DNA of 64,000 nt, from assembly GCA_028534125.1 (NCBI GenBank), contig CM052851.1, positions 31,682,001 to 31,746,000 on the forward strand, read 5' to 3'. Source of the stretch: Lama glama. Its lineage: Eukaryota. Of the stretch, positions 36,401-49,900 are shown one piece after another. How positions within the stretch are numbered: the first letter of the stretch is position 1; the number at the start of each line of letters is the position of its first letter. Under the pieces are notes generated by a model. That model did no database searches. It was not told the origin of the DNA and saw only the letters and a list, made by a program, of their open reading frames with translations. Position numbers and translations under genes: made by a program.

Positions 36401-39400
36401 TCAGACACCCGTGGTTTCCAGACCTCTTCCTATCGTCTTGGTCCCAATCCTGCTTTTCTCTGCCCCTCCCCGCTTGGGACCTCCCCCCACCCCCACCCCA
36501 TGTCAGAGTACGAGAGACTGTGCCAAGGGGAGAAGGCCCGTCTTCCCCCTATTCTGGGATGGCCCCTGTCCCCTCTGTCCTGGAATGGGCTGAAGCTCTT
36601 CTCAGGCCGCCTTCCCCCGACGGGGAGGAGGAGGAAGCAGCCGAGGCCCGGCTTGGGGTGGCAGCGTGAAGTCTAGTTAATAGAGCAGATGCCGGACCCA
36701 GACGAACTGTGTCTGAGTCCTGGCTCTTCTGTCCATGAGCCACGGTGGCCTTGGGCTGGTCATTTAGCCTCTGGGGCCTCTGTTTTCCTATCCGTAAGCG
36801 GAGGACAGTCCTCTTCTGTATCTCGTACAGTTCTTGTGGGGACCGAATGAGTCAGCGTTTATGAAGCAGTCACAGGCTGCCTGAACCGTGCCTTTCGCTG
36901 AACTTGCTAAGAGAAAGGACCCAGCACAGCTCTGTGGCTGGGAGGGGGCCACACTTGCGTAGCCCAGACCTCAGACCCACAGGCTTCCCCTTTGTGTTGG
37001 CCCAAGAACCAGGGCCTCTGGATTGAAGCAAATTGCTGAGGAGAGTTCTGGAGAGTTCTTCATCAGACAGAAGGGAGAATAGTGCAGCTGCCCACCCCCT
37101 TCTTCGGGGTCCAGCTTCTCACCTTGCTTGAGGTGAGTTCCCAGAACATCCACTTTAAACACAACACACAAATGAAAAGTCCCAAACAAATGATTCTGTG
37201 GCCAACCTCCTGGGCCTGAGGTGCAGGTCCCCTCCTGCTTCACTGGCCCGTCTGCAGAAGGGCAGGGTGATTGCTTCAATTCAGCATCCAAATTTCATGA
37301 GCACCCGCTGCGTCTAATCTCTCTCACCCTCCCGTCTTTCACACAGCCACCCAGTTCCGGGGAGGGAACACAGACTCCACCTACTGGTGGGAGGCACGGG
37401 AAAGAATTTATGAATACATTTGAAGACCACCACAGGGATTAAGTTACAGAGGAGTGAACAGCTAGCCCCAAGTTCATAAATGGTGAACACCCATGTTCCA
37501 GAATCCTCCCAGACCCAAATCAGTTTCCTTTTCCCGGGCCAGCCTGCCTGCCTAGGGAGTGCAGACGTGAAGAGATCCGGCCCTCAGCCAGCTTACCCTC
37601 CGGGAGGGATCAAGCACTCGCTTGCTGCCAGCCCAGGTCCCTGTCTGCCTGCTGCCTTCTTCTCTGTGGGTGCTGGCCTGATTGTTCACTGATCTGCAGG
37701 ACTGCTGAGGTGGAGGGGCAGTGAGGAGCCAGTGCAGGTCCCCAGAACCCCACACCCACCATCAGTTTGCCTTTGGCCAGAGGGACAAGTTTTTCACCAG
37801 GGCTGTTTCACCCCTACAGTCCTGCTGGTCAGCATTAGGATTGAGACATGAAACACCTGAGGGCACAGAGCGGGTGCTTGGTAAATGTTGGCCAAGTGAA
37901 AATATTATTTTGGGGGAATCTTCTTTCCCCATCACATCCCCTTTGACTCTGAGTTTACCTTCTACACAACCCCTAAAAGGTAGCAAAAGGACCCCTCGTG
38001 CCTGTCCCCATGATGAGGACAGTGACCACAGCAGTGCCCATGCCCAGTGAGGCCAGCCACTCCCTCCCAGAGCCCAGGGCAGCGCTGAGACGTGTGACGA
38101 TTGTGGTGACAGCAATGGCCGACTGGGCCTCTTTCTTCCAGGCTCTTCACCCCTTGGCCCTTCTCGGTTTCCTTGGCAACACCTCCCTTGGTTCTGCATT
38201 CAGGGCCTACCCAAGCAAAAGTTCAAAATAGGCCTGGTAGGTGGCCCTCCCCATCCTCTTGTGGGTTTCCAGAACTTTCTATGGAATCCCAGGAAGATCA
38301 TGTATTGTGGAGGCCTGGGTTCAAATCTCGGTTCTGCCATTCCTGACTCTGTGACCCTGGGCAAGTCACTGAACCTCTCTGTGCTGTTTTCGCTCCCCAG
38401 GGGAGGTGTGGACAGTCATGTCAGCCCAGAGCCTGGCTGTGGGTGTAGAATAGCTCATGATGTGCCTGGCTCAGGGCTGGGGGAGAGGGAGCGTAACAGA
38501 GGGCGAGTCTTCCCTGTTGGTTGACCCCTCCGCAGGTGGGCACTGTTACAGAACTGCCCAGGCGCCCCTCCATCCCTCCCACTCCCCTCCGTCCCCACAG
38601 TGAGGCAGGAGCAATGATCCTGTAAACAAGTGTCCTTATGTAATAGGGGGACTTCTAATGGTGCAGTGGAGCCCCACTCCATCTCCCACAGAGATGTGAG
38701 CAGGCTTGTGGGCGCACGGCGGGATGGGAGTGTTGGAGATTTCTTAAAGACGACGTGGGGTGGAGAGCAGATCACGTGAGTCAGTCTCATCTGGTGTGTT
38801 GGTTAATGGTTTTGGGGCTCTTGCTGCAGACTGCCTGGGTTCTAGTCTTAGCTTCTACCCATTTATTAGCTGACTTTGGCCAAGTGAACATCAATGTGCC
38901 TCAGTTTCTTCATCTATAAAGTGGGAGTAAGAGCAGCACCTTCTGAGGAATGTGATGAGGATTCAGTGGGTTAATGTACGTGAAGTGCTTAGAGCAGCCC
39001 CTGCACCAGGTGCTCTCAGTAAGTGTTAGCCGGTTGTGGTCCTGGCTCTGCGTGTGGCTGGTGGTTGACCTACGGCAAGCCACTTTCTCTCCCTGGGCCT
39101 CAGCTTCCCCATCTGACAAACTAGACCGGGTGCCCCTCAGGGCCTGTCAGTGGTTCTAGAAGCCTGGGCAGGACTGAGTATGGTGTTCTGTTGGTCAGGG
39201 CCCCTGTGACTGTGTGGGCATGGTGGGGAGGTCCCTCCTGGCCACGTTAGGGAAGAGACGAGCTGAATGGGACAGAAGCTCCCTCCTCATGTGAACAGGA
39301 ATGGGCAGAGCCAGCCTTTGGCTCCAGTTCCAGTGGCTGCCTCGTGGCTGGCCCCCAGCAGCTCCAAGGATGAGTCACTGACGGGTTCTTGGGCTCCTGC

Positions 39401-42400
39401 GGCACCAGCCCCAGGGCACACGGTGGCTGCAGAGCTGAATGGTGGGGTGTGGGTGCTAGGAGAGGGATCATAGTGTTTCCACATGCCCCAGGTCTTCAAG
39501 CCATTTGCCTCCGTGCCTTACCCAGGCGCCCTGCCTTCTGTTGCATCTTCCGTCCATATGATACAGCCTTTGAGGAGCCATCAGCCAGGATCAGGCGCAA
39601 AAGCTGCCCCATCACCCACAAACAGCTGGTTAGGGTTCAAGGACAAAGAAACTCCCTTCCCCCCTCCCAGACTCTCGCCATCTCCCTGACCTTGCTGCCG
39701 TGACCCTTTCCTGAGAAGCCTTTGGGCAAAGTGGAAAGATCACTTGATGTCAAGAAGGCCTGGGTTTGCATCTCAGGTCTGCATGTACCTGGCCAAGCCA
39801 CTTGACCTTGCTCAGCCCAGTTTCTATGCCTGGAAAACCCCATTCAACCTGTGCAGGAGGCAAGCCTGGGGCTCTGTCACTGTCAGCAAGCTGCCTCTGA
39901 GTCAGGGCTTCGTGCCTGGCAGAGCTGCTACCTCGCTGTGAACTGTTGGAAAACCAGCCCTTGACACAAGTAGCCGCCTCTCACTGGCAAAATAGGGTTG
40001 ATGATGCTAATGTCTACCTCACAGGGCTGCCGAGGGAGCAAAGGAGCTGCGTGCGCACGAGCACTCTGGAAGCAGCACAGAGCCTGCCCAGTGAGCTAGC
40101 ATTCTCCCAGAACAAGACAGCGAATGGAAGAGGAGGAGGGCAGGGCAAGGAGAAGGGCTGGCGTGGTCTCTAGGAAGGACCAAGGGGCCCCGGACCTGGG
40201 TGGTCCCTGTGGGCAGGCACTGGCTGTTCACTGCTGTGTCCACCAAACCTCGCCCGGCGCTTGGCAAATTATATAATTGGTGCTCAGTCAATGTGTGTTG
40301 GACTCACGGCTGGATGAGCAGAGACTGAAATCAGCCCGGTTCTCTACCCTCCAATTTCCACCATCTTATCACAGACCTCTGCTTCCCACCCCAGAAATCA
40401 GGGGTCCTTAACCTGAGGTTCATGGAGCCCCTCCAAAATTACATGCAGAATGTACTCTGTGTGTGAAAATGTTATCTTCTGGAGTGAAGAAATGTTAGAT
40501 TTTTACCTGGAAAAGCTCTTAAGTAAGCCCTGCTCTGAAAGGTAGGCATTAACTGGGTGCTCAGTGAGTACCCATCAGTTGGATTCATGCAGCCCCCCCC
40601 GGGGCTGCTGGCTACCCTGTAGATTTAAAAACAAAAAACAGCCTCCACCTTTGTCTCAGAGGGGTGCTCACAGGGCCCCCGCCAGCCTGCAGTTTTTATT
40701 CCACCCCCATAAGGTGCCAGGCAGTTAACCTGCCATCTTTCATATGCAAAAGTGATCTTCAGGCATCATGGGGGGGGGGGGGCCTGTCTTCTGAGTGGCT
40801 GCTCTCCTGCTGGGTGGGCCTCGCTGAGCCTTGCGCTGGATCTCAGTCTCTTAACCCCCACTCCCCACCACGTGCATTTGGATGTGACAGGTGGGAGTCA
40901 GGGCCCTGAACCCGGGAATACTAGCCGGATCTCATAATATCTGAACTCAGATGTCGGTGACCTCTTTTTAAAAATATTTTTTCTCACTGCAAATAAATAT
41001 AACATGTATGTGTATGCATACACATATATATTTATCTATGTACATACGTACCTATTTTACTTATTGGAGGAAATTTAGAATACATAAACAATGGGGAAAA
41101 ATTCATTCTGCTCTCACCCTTTCCAGAAAACTGTCGTTACTGCCTGGCTTCTGTTCTTCCCATTTACCATGCAGGACATTGATTGAGCACTTACTGTGTG
41201 CCTGGTGTTCCCTGTGTGGCACACTCCACAAGGGCCATTCACGTTAACATCTCATCCCCCACCTTTTTATATGCACGTTTATACTTTGTTAATTTTTAAG
41301 GCCACGGAGATCAGACTGTTTTGTAACCTTGCCTCTCACTCCACACCATGGAAATTTCTTTCCCTGTTATTAAATATTCATGTACAGAGTCATTTCTAAC
41401 GGCAGTGTGATGACGTTTTATTGCAGGCAGCTTCCATGCTTCTCAGGCTGGGGTGCGTGTACCCCTGAGGGCAAAGCCACGGGATAAATGTAGAACATTT
41501 TCCCGAAGCATAAATTTGATTCGAAGTTGTGGGAGGGGGGAAAAGAAAGCATTATTTTAAGATCAAAACAAGTACAGACAGACCATAGAGTAGAAGAAAG
41601 AGCACTTACCAATTTTAAAACAAAGCAGTGAAGTCCAAGATCATGTGACTTACTGTTTTCCCCCAAAGACCCATGTTCCCTATGCTCTGAGGACGGCAGA
41701 AACATCTGAGAAGCACTGAGTTCTCGTTCAAGTCCCTCTTCTTACAGGTAAGGAAACTGAGACCCAGGGAGGAGAAGAGATTGCCCACAGTCCACAGCGT
41801 GTGTGTTACAAGCCAAGCCAGGTGGCCCCTGGGCTATACCCCTCCCACCCGTCCACATTTGCCATCACACATCGACTGCTCTTTCTGAGGGTGTGGGTGG
41901 AGAACTTGCCACTTGAGTAATCAGCCCTCTGCTTATCAATAGTGGAAACACTTGGCTTCCTATGTGATCCATCCTTTAACAGCAGCTTTTCCTTTTCCAC
42001 CTTTCTGGCCAGGATCTGAGGTGTCTGCTCATGTGATTAGTAACTGTAGCCTCCGTTGGCAAAGGTAGATGCCCTTAGACTCCCCCAGCACTTGGATTTT
42101 TTCATGTAATGCTCTGTATGGTAAACATGTGTCCACTGGTCTGTTTCACCCAGCTGACTTGAACCTTTTGTAGACAGGAGTTATGTGTTATTATTATAAT
42201 CTGACATTTCTTGAGCACCTGTAGATGCTAGGTGCCACACCTAATGTTTCATCTGTAGTATCTACTGTCTTCATCACAGCTTTCCAAAGAACGTATTTTT
42301 ATCCTCATTTATCACTTACCACTTATCATCATGCATTCCTTTAGGAAATGTCTGTCATAGAATTATATGCCAGGACTGGTGCTGGATGCTGTGGACAATC

Positions 42401-43847
42401 ATGATGAACAAAACCGATATGCTCCTGCCCTCATGGAACTTACAGAGGACAGGGGGAGATGATATGCAACAGAGAATTTTTACAAACTGTTGTTGAGTGT
42501 GACATAGCTCAGCATCCGCCCAAGTGCTTCGGTTTGAACCCACCTTGACCACTTATTAGCTGGATGACCTTGAGCAAGTCTCTTAAGCTTTCTGTGTCTC
42601 ATCTTCCTCTTCTGTAAAATGAGGATAATAGTGTCAACTTCATCGGGGTACCACGAAAAAATGAATAGATGAGCAGGTGCAAAGCACTCAAAGCCGGGCT
42701 GTGCACACTCCAGGTGTGTTGTTTCTGCTGGTCATATCAAGGAGAGGCGTGGGTTGTGAGGTGTGTATGATAGGGGCGGACCTCCTTCAGGAGACAAATG
42801 GTCAAGTTTTACAAGATGAATAGGAGTTAACTTGGCAAAATGTGTCAAGAGCAAGGGAGGGGAGCAGGAGGTTGGAGGGATTTCCTGGCAGAGGAGACAG
42901 ACTGTGGGCTCACCTGAAGACCTGCCAAGGAGTGTGACTGGAGCACAGCCCATGGGGAGCCTTACAGGGTCAGGTCTGGGAAGGAGAAGCCTGGGATGGA
43001 AATACTGGTATCTCCAGGACCCGGCTCTCTGCCCCACACTATTGATCCAGGTAACGGGAGATGCTCAGTAAATACTTGTCACAAGAGCAGGCAAGCATGC
43101 AGACCACTATGTTGGCCTCACGTGGCCTTGGTTGTGGGTGTTCCAGAAAAGGAGTCCGTTATCCCATACACAGTGATATGTGCACTACCGCTTCCCCACC
43201 GTCAAGCTGTACACATCCATTTTGCTGGTCCCTCTCTTCTTGGCAATAAACTGAATCGTGTGGCTTTGGATGGGGAGATCCAACATCTGGGACTCACAGG
43301 TGGTGCTGCTGGAATCCCTCCATTCTACCAGCGCCTCAGATCTAAGCTAGCGGTGTTCAGACTTGTTTAGTAGTGGAACCTTGTGTTGAGATCATCTTAG
43401 AGGAAACCCAGTACGTGGAATGGTAGCAAACAGCTTCCACAGTCAAGGCCCAGGCACAGGGACTCAGCACTTGGTCACAGCTGGTGCACCTGAGGAAGCG
43501 CTGGGGCTCCGTAGTAAAGCACAGTTAGAAAACCAAGGGATGAACCCAATTCTATTTTCGAGCTACGGAAATTGAGGTCCAGAGAGGAGGGGGTGACTCT
43601 CCCAAGGTCGTACAGACTCAGAACTGGATCCCAGACATTTGCTTTCAATTCTGCTACGAGATTTTCCTCCGCATCATCCTGACCGTCCCCCATCCCCCCA
43701 GCCCAGTGTGGGGTCTTGGGGTGAGGGATGGGCACGAGGCTGTGACCTTGTCCAGCCTCCTGTCCCAGTCGGCACAGCACAAGAGACAAAACCTCGGAGG
43801 GCACACGTGGGTGGGCTGTTCAGGGTCACGGCTTGGTTATGCTGCGT

Positions 43848-43900
<53 letters not shown>

Positions 43901-46900
43901 TAATTGAGTTTGAGGTGGTTGGTTTTTGTTTCCTTAAGAAATAGGAAAGAATGAAGCTGTGTAAACACCCCAATGTTAACTCCCTGAAAAACCTCCTGCC
44001 ATTTTAACTCTGTTACTGGAGAAATAAAAGAGAAATAATTTGTCCACCCACACTTCGCTCTTTCTGACGAAGGTAGGTGAATATTGCCTTGCTAATCGAG
44101 GGTGACTGCTGGGAGTGGAGCCACGCTGACTGATCCCGGATTGAGAGGAAGCCACGCCACCGCAGAAGGAGCGGCCCGCCGGGGTCGGTGGGGCCCGGGT
44201 CACCGGCTGCGTGTCCGCCTTCCGCAGGTCTCCCCCAGCCGGTAGGGATGGAGGCACTGGACCAGGCCGAGGGGCCCACGGCCTCGCAGAGAGAGATGCC
44301 ACCGCCCCCACTTCCTTCACCGCCCTCAGAGCCAGCTCAGAAGCCGCCACCTCGAGGCACCAGGAGCCACTCCCTCAGTGTCAGGAGCAGCCTGTGCCTG
44401 TTGGCTGCCTCCCAGTTCTTGGTAAGGACATCACAGGCCTCGCAGGGCCTGGAGAGAGGGCGGGTTGAGGGACAGCCTCCACTTCCTCCCCAAGATGGCC
44501 ATCCGGGGGCACAGGGTGGGGTGAGGGGCCTTCTCGGTGTCCCTCAGTGACTCCCAGCCCTCGGGCTGGTGTGAGGAGAAGGCTGGAGTTTTGAGCCGCA
44601 GCTTGGATAGCTAAGCCGCTCACACTCTGACCTCAGAATCAGGAACATAGCTGGCCCCTATCTCCTGGTCCTGCAAGGGTCCTTCTGAGGACTCCCTGTC
44701 TATCTTTCATATGGGTACCTGCAAGGTGGGGGGGTCCCCTCTGGGAAGGGCTTTCTCTTGGCTCCTTGAGCCAGCCTTCTCCAGGGAGGGTCGTGGGGCC
44801 GTCTCCGGGCACATGGTTCCTGGGCCCTTCCCTCAGCTGCACAACCTGGACCCTGGGGGCCAGGCTGAGGCCGAAGGTGGCCTTGTGGGGGGAACATGGG
44901 GACGAGGAGCCCAGGCTCCGAACTCAGTGCACTGCCCCCACCCCCACCCCGCCCCAGCTCGCCTGCGGGATGCTCTGGCTCAGCGGCTACGGCACCATCT
45001 GGTCACAGAACACCACGGACCTGGTTTCCTCTGGGCTCACCCTCCTGGAGCAGCTGCGACCCTCGGTGAGTAAGCTCAAGGAGCCCCAGGGTAGGAGGGA
45101 GTGCCTGGGGGCCTCCAGTCCCACCAACACCTGCATGGGGCTTCTTTGTGTTCACAAGATACTTCCAGGCCCCCGAAGTGCTTCTCCCTGTCCTCCACCC
45201 AGACCAAGTCCAGAGTTTTCAGAGCCTTGATTTTGTCCCTGTTGAAACAGATGAGAACTCTGCCCACCCCTCATCAGTCACGCTGACCTGTTTGTCTGGT
45301 GTTCCCCAGGCCTGGCTGGGCATTAGGACTTGGGACATCCCCAGTCTGCTGCTGGTCTCTCTGGCTGTAGTCCTTGTCACCACCCTGGTAAGGCTCTTCT
45401 TGATCGACCTCGGTGCTCCCCTCCTCTGACCCTGATTCCCAGTCCCCAGCTGCTCCCATCTGACGTACAGGCTAGATGTTCTGGGTAGGGCTGAGGATAG
45501 GGTACCTGTCTCTTTCCACCAGTGTGCCCAGCCCGCGAGGAGAGACACTTTCTTTCTCAAAATTGGTTTGCAGTATTCTCAGCTGGAGAGAGGGGCTGAG
45601 GCAGGGAGAAGACCAAAGTAGGAACCCTCTACCCCACCGAGAAGGCTTCAGTCCACAAGAAACTGAGGGTTGGGAGGGAGGGGGCCGGGAGGACATGGTG
45701 GGGGTTGGAGCCTCCCGTCTAGGTGAGGGGCAGTGCCATGCAGACAGCTCCCAGGAGAGCAAGGCTGCTCCAGACAACATGAGGGGCATGGGGTCCAGTC
45801 CCGTGGGCACCCCATCACCCTGGGGGCTGCCGGCATGGTCCTAGGTCCATGATGCCATATGCCTCCAACTAGGTGTGGCACCTCCTGAGGGCTCCCCCAG
45901 AGCCACCCACCACACTGCCCCCCGAGGACAGGCGCCAGTCGGTGAGCCGTCAGCCTTCCTTCACCTACTCGGAGTGGATGGAGGAGAAGGTCGAGGATGA
46001 CTTCCTGGACCTGGACCCCGTCCCTGAGACGCCTGTGTTTGACTGCGTGATGGACATCAAGCCTGAGGCTGACCCCGCCTCACTGACCGTCAAGTCCATG
46101 GGTCTGCAGGAGAGGTGGGAGGGGTGGAGGAGGGGTGGGTTTTATGGACCCTGGAGCTCTCAGCTCCTGATCAGAAGGACAGATGCCTGACTCTGACTCC
46201 CAGTGTCCAGGACAGAGCTGCACTCATTGCCCAGCCAGTGTAGACACATGCTTTTCGGGTCTGATTCATGTAAATCAGAATGCCCCAAGGTGCATGCTAA
46301 GAAATATTGTTTCTGCACACGAGCACATAGGCGTACACGGGTGTACACATGTGCACACTCGAGCATACACCCCTTGGTTTGGGTAGGTTTCTTTCCTGCA
46401 GGACTTGTCAGGGCCTTTAACATGCTTGTGTTCATTGTAGATCAACAAGGGTTGTAAGTGGCATTCCTCAAAGTCATCTGACCACAGAACCCTACTTGTA
46501 TAGTGTCTCATAGTATCCCGCAGAGCATGCACTGGGAGGTGTCGACACCCCCTTTCCAGAGCCTGGCTTGGTAAGCCACATCATCACATGAGTTGCCCAC
46601 GTGATGTCATATGAGGAGCACTAGACAAGAAGTCAGAAAACCTAGGCTTTTGCTTCAGCTCTGCCACCCGCTCCCAGTGCGAGCTTGGGCAGTTTTTGTC
46701 TCCTCTGTGGGACTCAGTTTCCCTTCTGTACAATCAGGGCTTTCCTGTTCTGGCCGTTAGACACTGAGCACAGTAGAGTTCGCTCATTTTGCTCATCCCT
46801 GCTGCCACTGTGCTGCCCCTGGGACCCCGCCTTCCCCTGGCTTCTCCTGGATGAGACGTCCTTGCAGACTGCCAGGCCCCAGGCTGGGATGCAGAGGGTT

Positions 46901-49900
46901 GAGCCCTGCTTCTCTGCTCTAGGCTCTACCGTCTCCGAGCTTCCCTGGGCCTTGGCTAGGGACTGCCTGCAGCAATGGCAGGAGAGTGCAGGGAAGGGCT
47001 CTGTTGAGGTTGCCTTGCGTGGAACCTTTGGCCCTGGGCGCTCAGTTTGCTGCTCCACCGCAGGCAGCAGGAGGCGGGAGACAGGCCTAAGCCTCCCAGC
47101 TGAGACTCTTGACCCATGTGTCAGGAGTGATGTCGCCCCCACTCCTCTTCCTGGAGCCCACCTGGTTCCCACCTCCATCTCTCCCTCCCTCATATTCCTG
47201 CTCCGAGGCCCCTCATTCATGGCCCTTCTGCCTCTGTAACTCACTCCCCCTTTCACGGTCCTTCCAGGAGGGGCTCCAACGTCTCCCTGACCCTGGACAT
47301 GTGCACGCCAGGCTGCAATGAAGAGGGCTTCGGCTATCTCATGTCCCCACGCGAGGAGTCGGCCCGTGAGTACCTTCTCAGTGCCTCCCGCGTCCTCCAG
47401 GCCGAGGAGCTTCATGAGAAGGCCCTGGACCCCTTCCTGCTGCAGGCAGAATTCTTTGTGAGTCTCCCGGAGCTGCTACCCAACAGGGGAGCAGCCCTTT
47501 CTGTTCACATCAACCCCCTACTAGCAAGGCAGTGGAGCAGGGGACCCCAAGCTCAGCTTCTGAGGGAGGAACATGATTTCGTTCTCAGCTCTCCCACTAT
47601 CTTGGGCAAGCTGCTTCCCCTCTGGGCCTCAGCTTCTCATCTGGAAATGGGAATAAAAAAAATAGGGACGTGGCAAGGATTCAAGAGATGCAGAACATGT
47701 GCAAAGCGCCCATCGGGTGATTAGTGTTTGCAGACTCCCAAGTCTTTATCGTCCAGGACTGTGTTCTGAAAGCCATAGAAAGCCTTCTCTTCTGACTCTC
47801 CCATTTGCCTACCCTCTCCCTGCCCGACATCACCAAACATTGTTAGTCTTCCTTTGAAATCTCTCCAATTCTGCGGCTCCAGCATAAGGTGGTCCTGATC
47901 ACCTCCCCTCTAGACTTCTGCCACAGCCTCCAGCTGCCTCCTGTTGGGCTTTGAGGGCCCCTGTTTTACCTGCCTGAGCAATCAACCAGTTAAGAGCTAA
48001 GGCGTGGAAGATCACAATAGCACCTGTGTTTTTGATTAAGGCTGGGTTTAACGTGAGGATTACCTACGTAGCAGTAGTGAGCTTTCAACCGCCAGAATGA
48101 ACAAACTTTCCACTCACCCCGGGGGTGCTGACACATCACTGGCCCCACCCCATCTGGGTGCCCTCTAACTCTTTCTTGGTAGAGGGGCCGGGAGAGAAGG
48201 AGGAAGGAAGGGGCTGTGGCCCAAAAGCCCAGTTCCTCCATCAAACACACTCATCACGTAACTTGCCCACTTCCGTGGGCAGGAATGCAAGCACTGGGGG
48301 AGTGTCCCTGCAGGAAGAAACCAGGGGGATGGGGAGCCCATGTGCCTGCCTCACAGCCCCCCCCCGCCCCAGGCCGCTCTGCTCCCTACCTGGACTAGAT
48401 GGCTCACCCCTCTGGGAAGCCCTCCATCACCCTCGGACCCACCGCTCCAAATTTTCCAGAACACTGCTCAGCCTGCCTTACCTGAGTTGAGCTAGCCAGA
48501 TCCTCCTTTTTCAGCCGTGTGTCCTCATCCTTGCAGGGACCATTCACTGCAAACTGGGCCCGCCCACCCCCCGTAATCCCCCACCCTGGAGGCCTCTAGG
48601 AAGCCTTCCTTGACCACCCAATCTCAGCTCCCTCTCTGAGTTCCCATGGCCACACCTCCCCTGGAGGAAGGGGCCTGCATCCTCTTAGCAGCTCCTGTTC
48701 AGTACATCAATATCGATTTTGTCCAGATAGAAAGAACGCGGCCCCCACACCCACTCCATGGACGCTTCTGCACATGGTTTTTCTTCTTTTGATTCTCCCA
48801 ACCACCCTAGATGGAGCGTATTATGATCCTTGTTGTACATGGCGCATACTTAGTGTGTCCAAAAACAGTAAACGCTGTAAAACCACATATAGTCAGGTGC
48901 TACAGCATGGGGACAGAGGGAGGGGAGGTGGAGAGAAGACAGGCCCGGGAGTCGTCCCAGAAGACCTAGGGGAGGGGCCAAAGTCTAGGAAGGATTTGGG
49001 GAGATGAAGAAGGGTGATACCAGTGCTCCCCACAGGTGGAATGCTGTGATCTCAGACCTGGAGGCTAGACGGAGAAGGACAGTTTGGCCACAGGGAAAAG
49101 ACCGGCACAACCGGAGGGAGGGTCTCTTGAGAGCAGCTGGCAGTAAAGAAAGGCCAGATTCAAGAAGACCTCCCATTCCAGACTGAGAAGTTCAGACTTG
49201 GAGCTTTTGACATGGAGAGTGATTGGGAGGTGCAAATACAACCCTGAGAGCCCAGGAGGAGGCTCCTTTCCTACTGGAGAATCAGGGAAGGCTTCTTGGA
49301 GGAAGTGGCATTTACAATGGACAGAACACAAGATGATGAGGACAGGGTGGATATCACCACCGAGTGAGCAACACAACCCAAGGTCCTGGGGTGGGGACAC
49401 CTAGGGTAGGAGCACGGATCAGCACAGCTGCTCGGTGTGGCTACAGCACAGGGAGTGCAGAAGGAGGCAGTGATTGGCCAGGTCACTTTTTCTCCTGTTT
49501 TCCTTTGCTCATCAACCATTTACTGAGTGTCTCCTATGCGCCAGGCTGGCTCTCAGTAAACAGTGATAATAACATCTGTTATGCACTCAGCATACACCAG
49601 GACTATTCTAGATGCTTTGTATGTGCACTCACTCAATAGTGAGTGTTTGTTGAGTGAATGCATGCACTCAAGCCAGCCCACAGCTTCTCACACCCCTGTG
49701 TCCTCCTCCTTCAGGAAATCCCCATGAACTTTGTGGATCCGAAGGAGTATGACATCCCTGGGCTGGTGCGGAAGAACCGCTACAAAACCATTCTTCCCAG
49801 TGAGTACTGGCCGCCCCAGGGAATGGGGATGGGCACACCCTTACCTGGGTGACCCTTCACCCTGAGTAAGGCCTTAACCCCAGGTCTGGGCCTCTGGAGT

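Noticed and set aside
46714-47415. 233-aa antisense ORF over the KIM exon
   Set aside because: Antisense shadow of a GC-rich exon and intron; no independent evidence.
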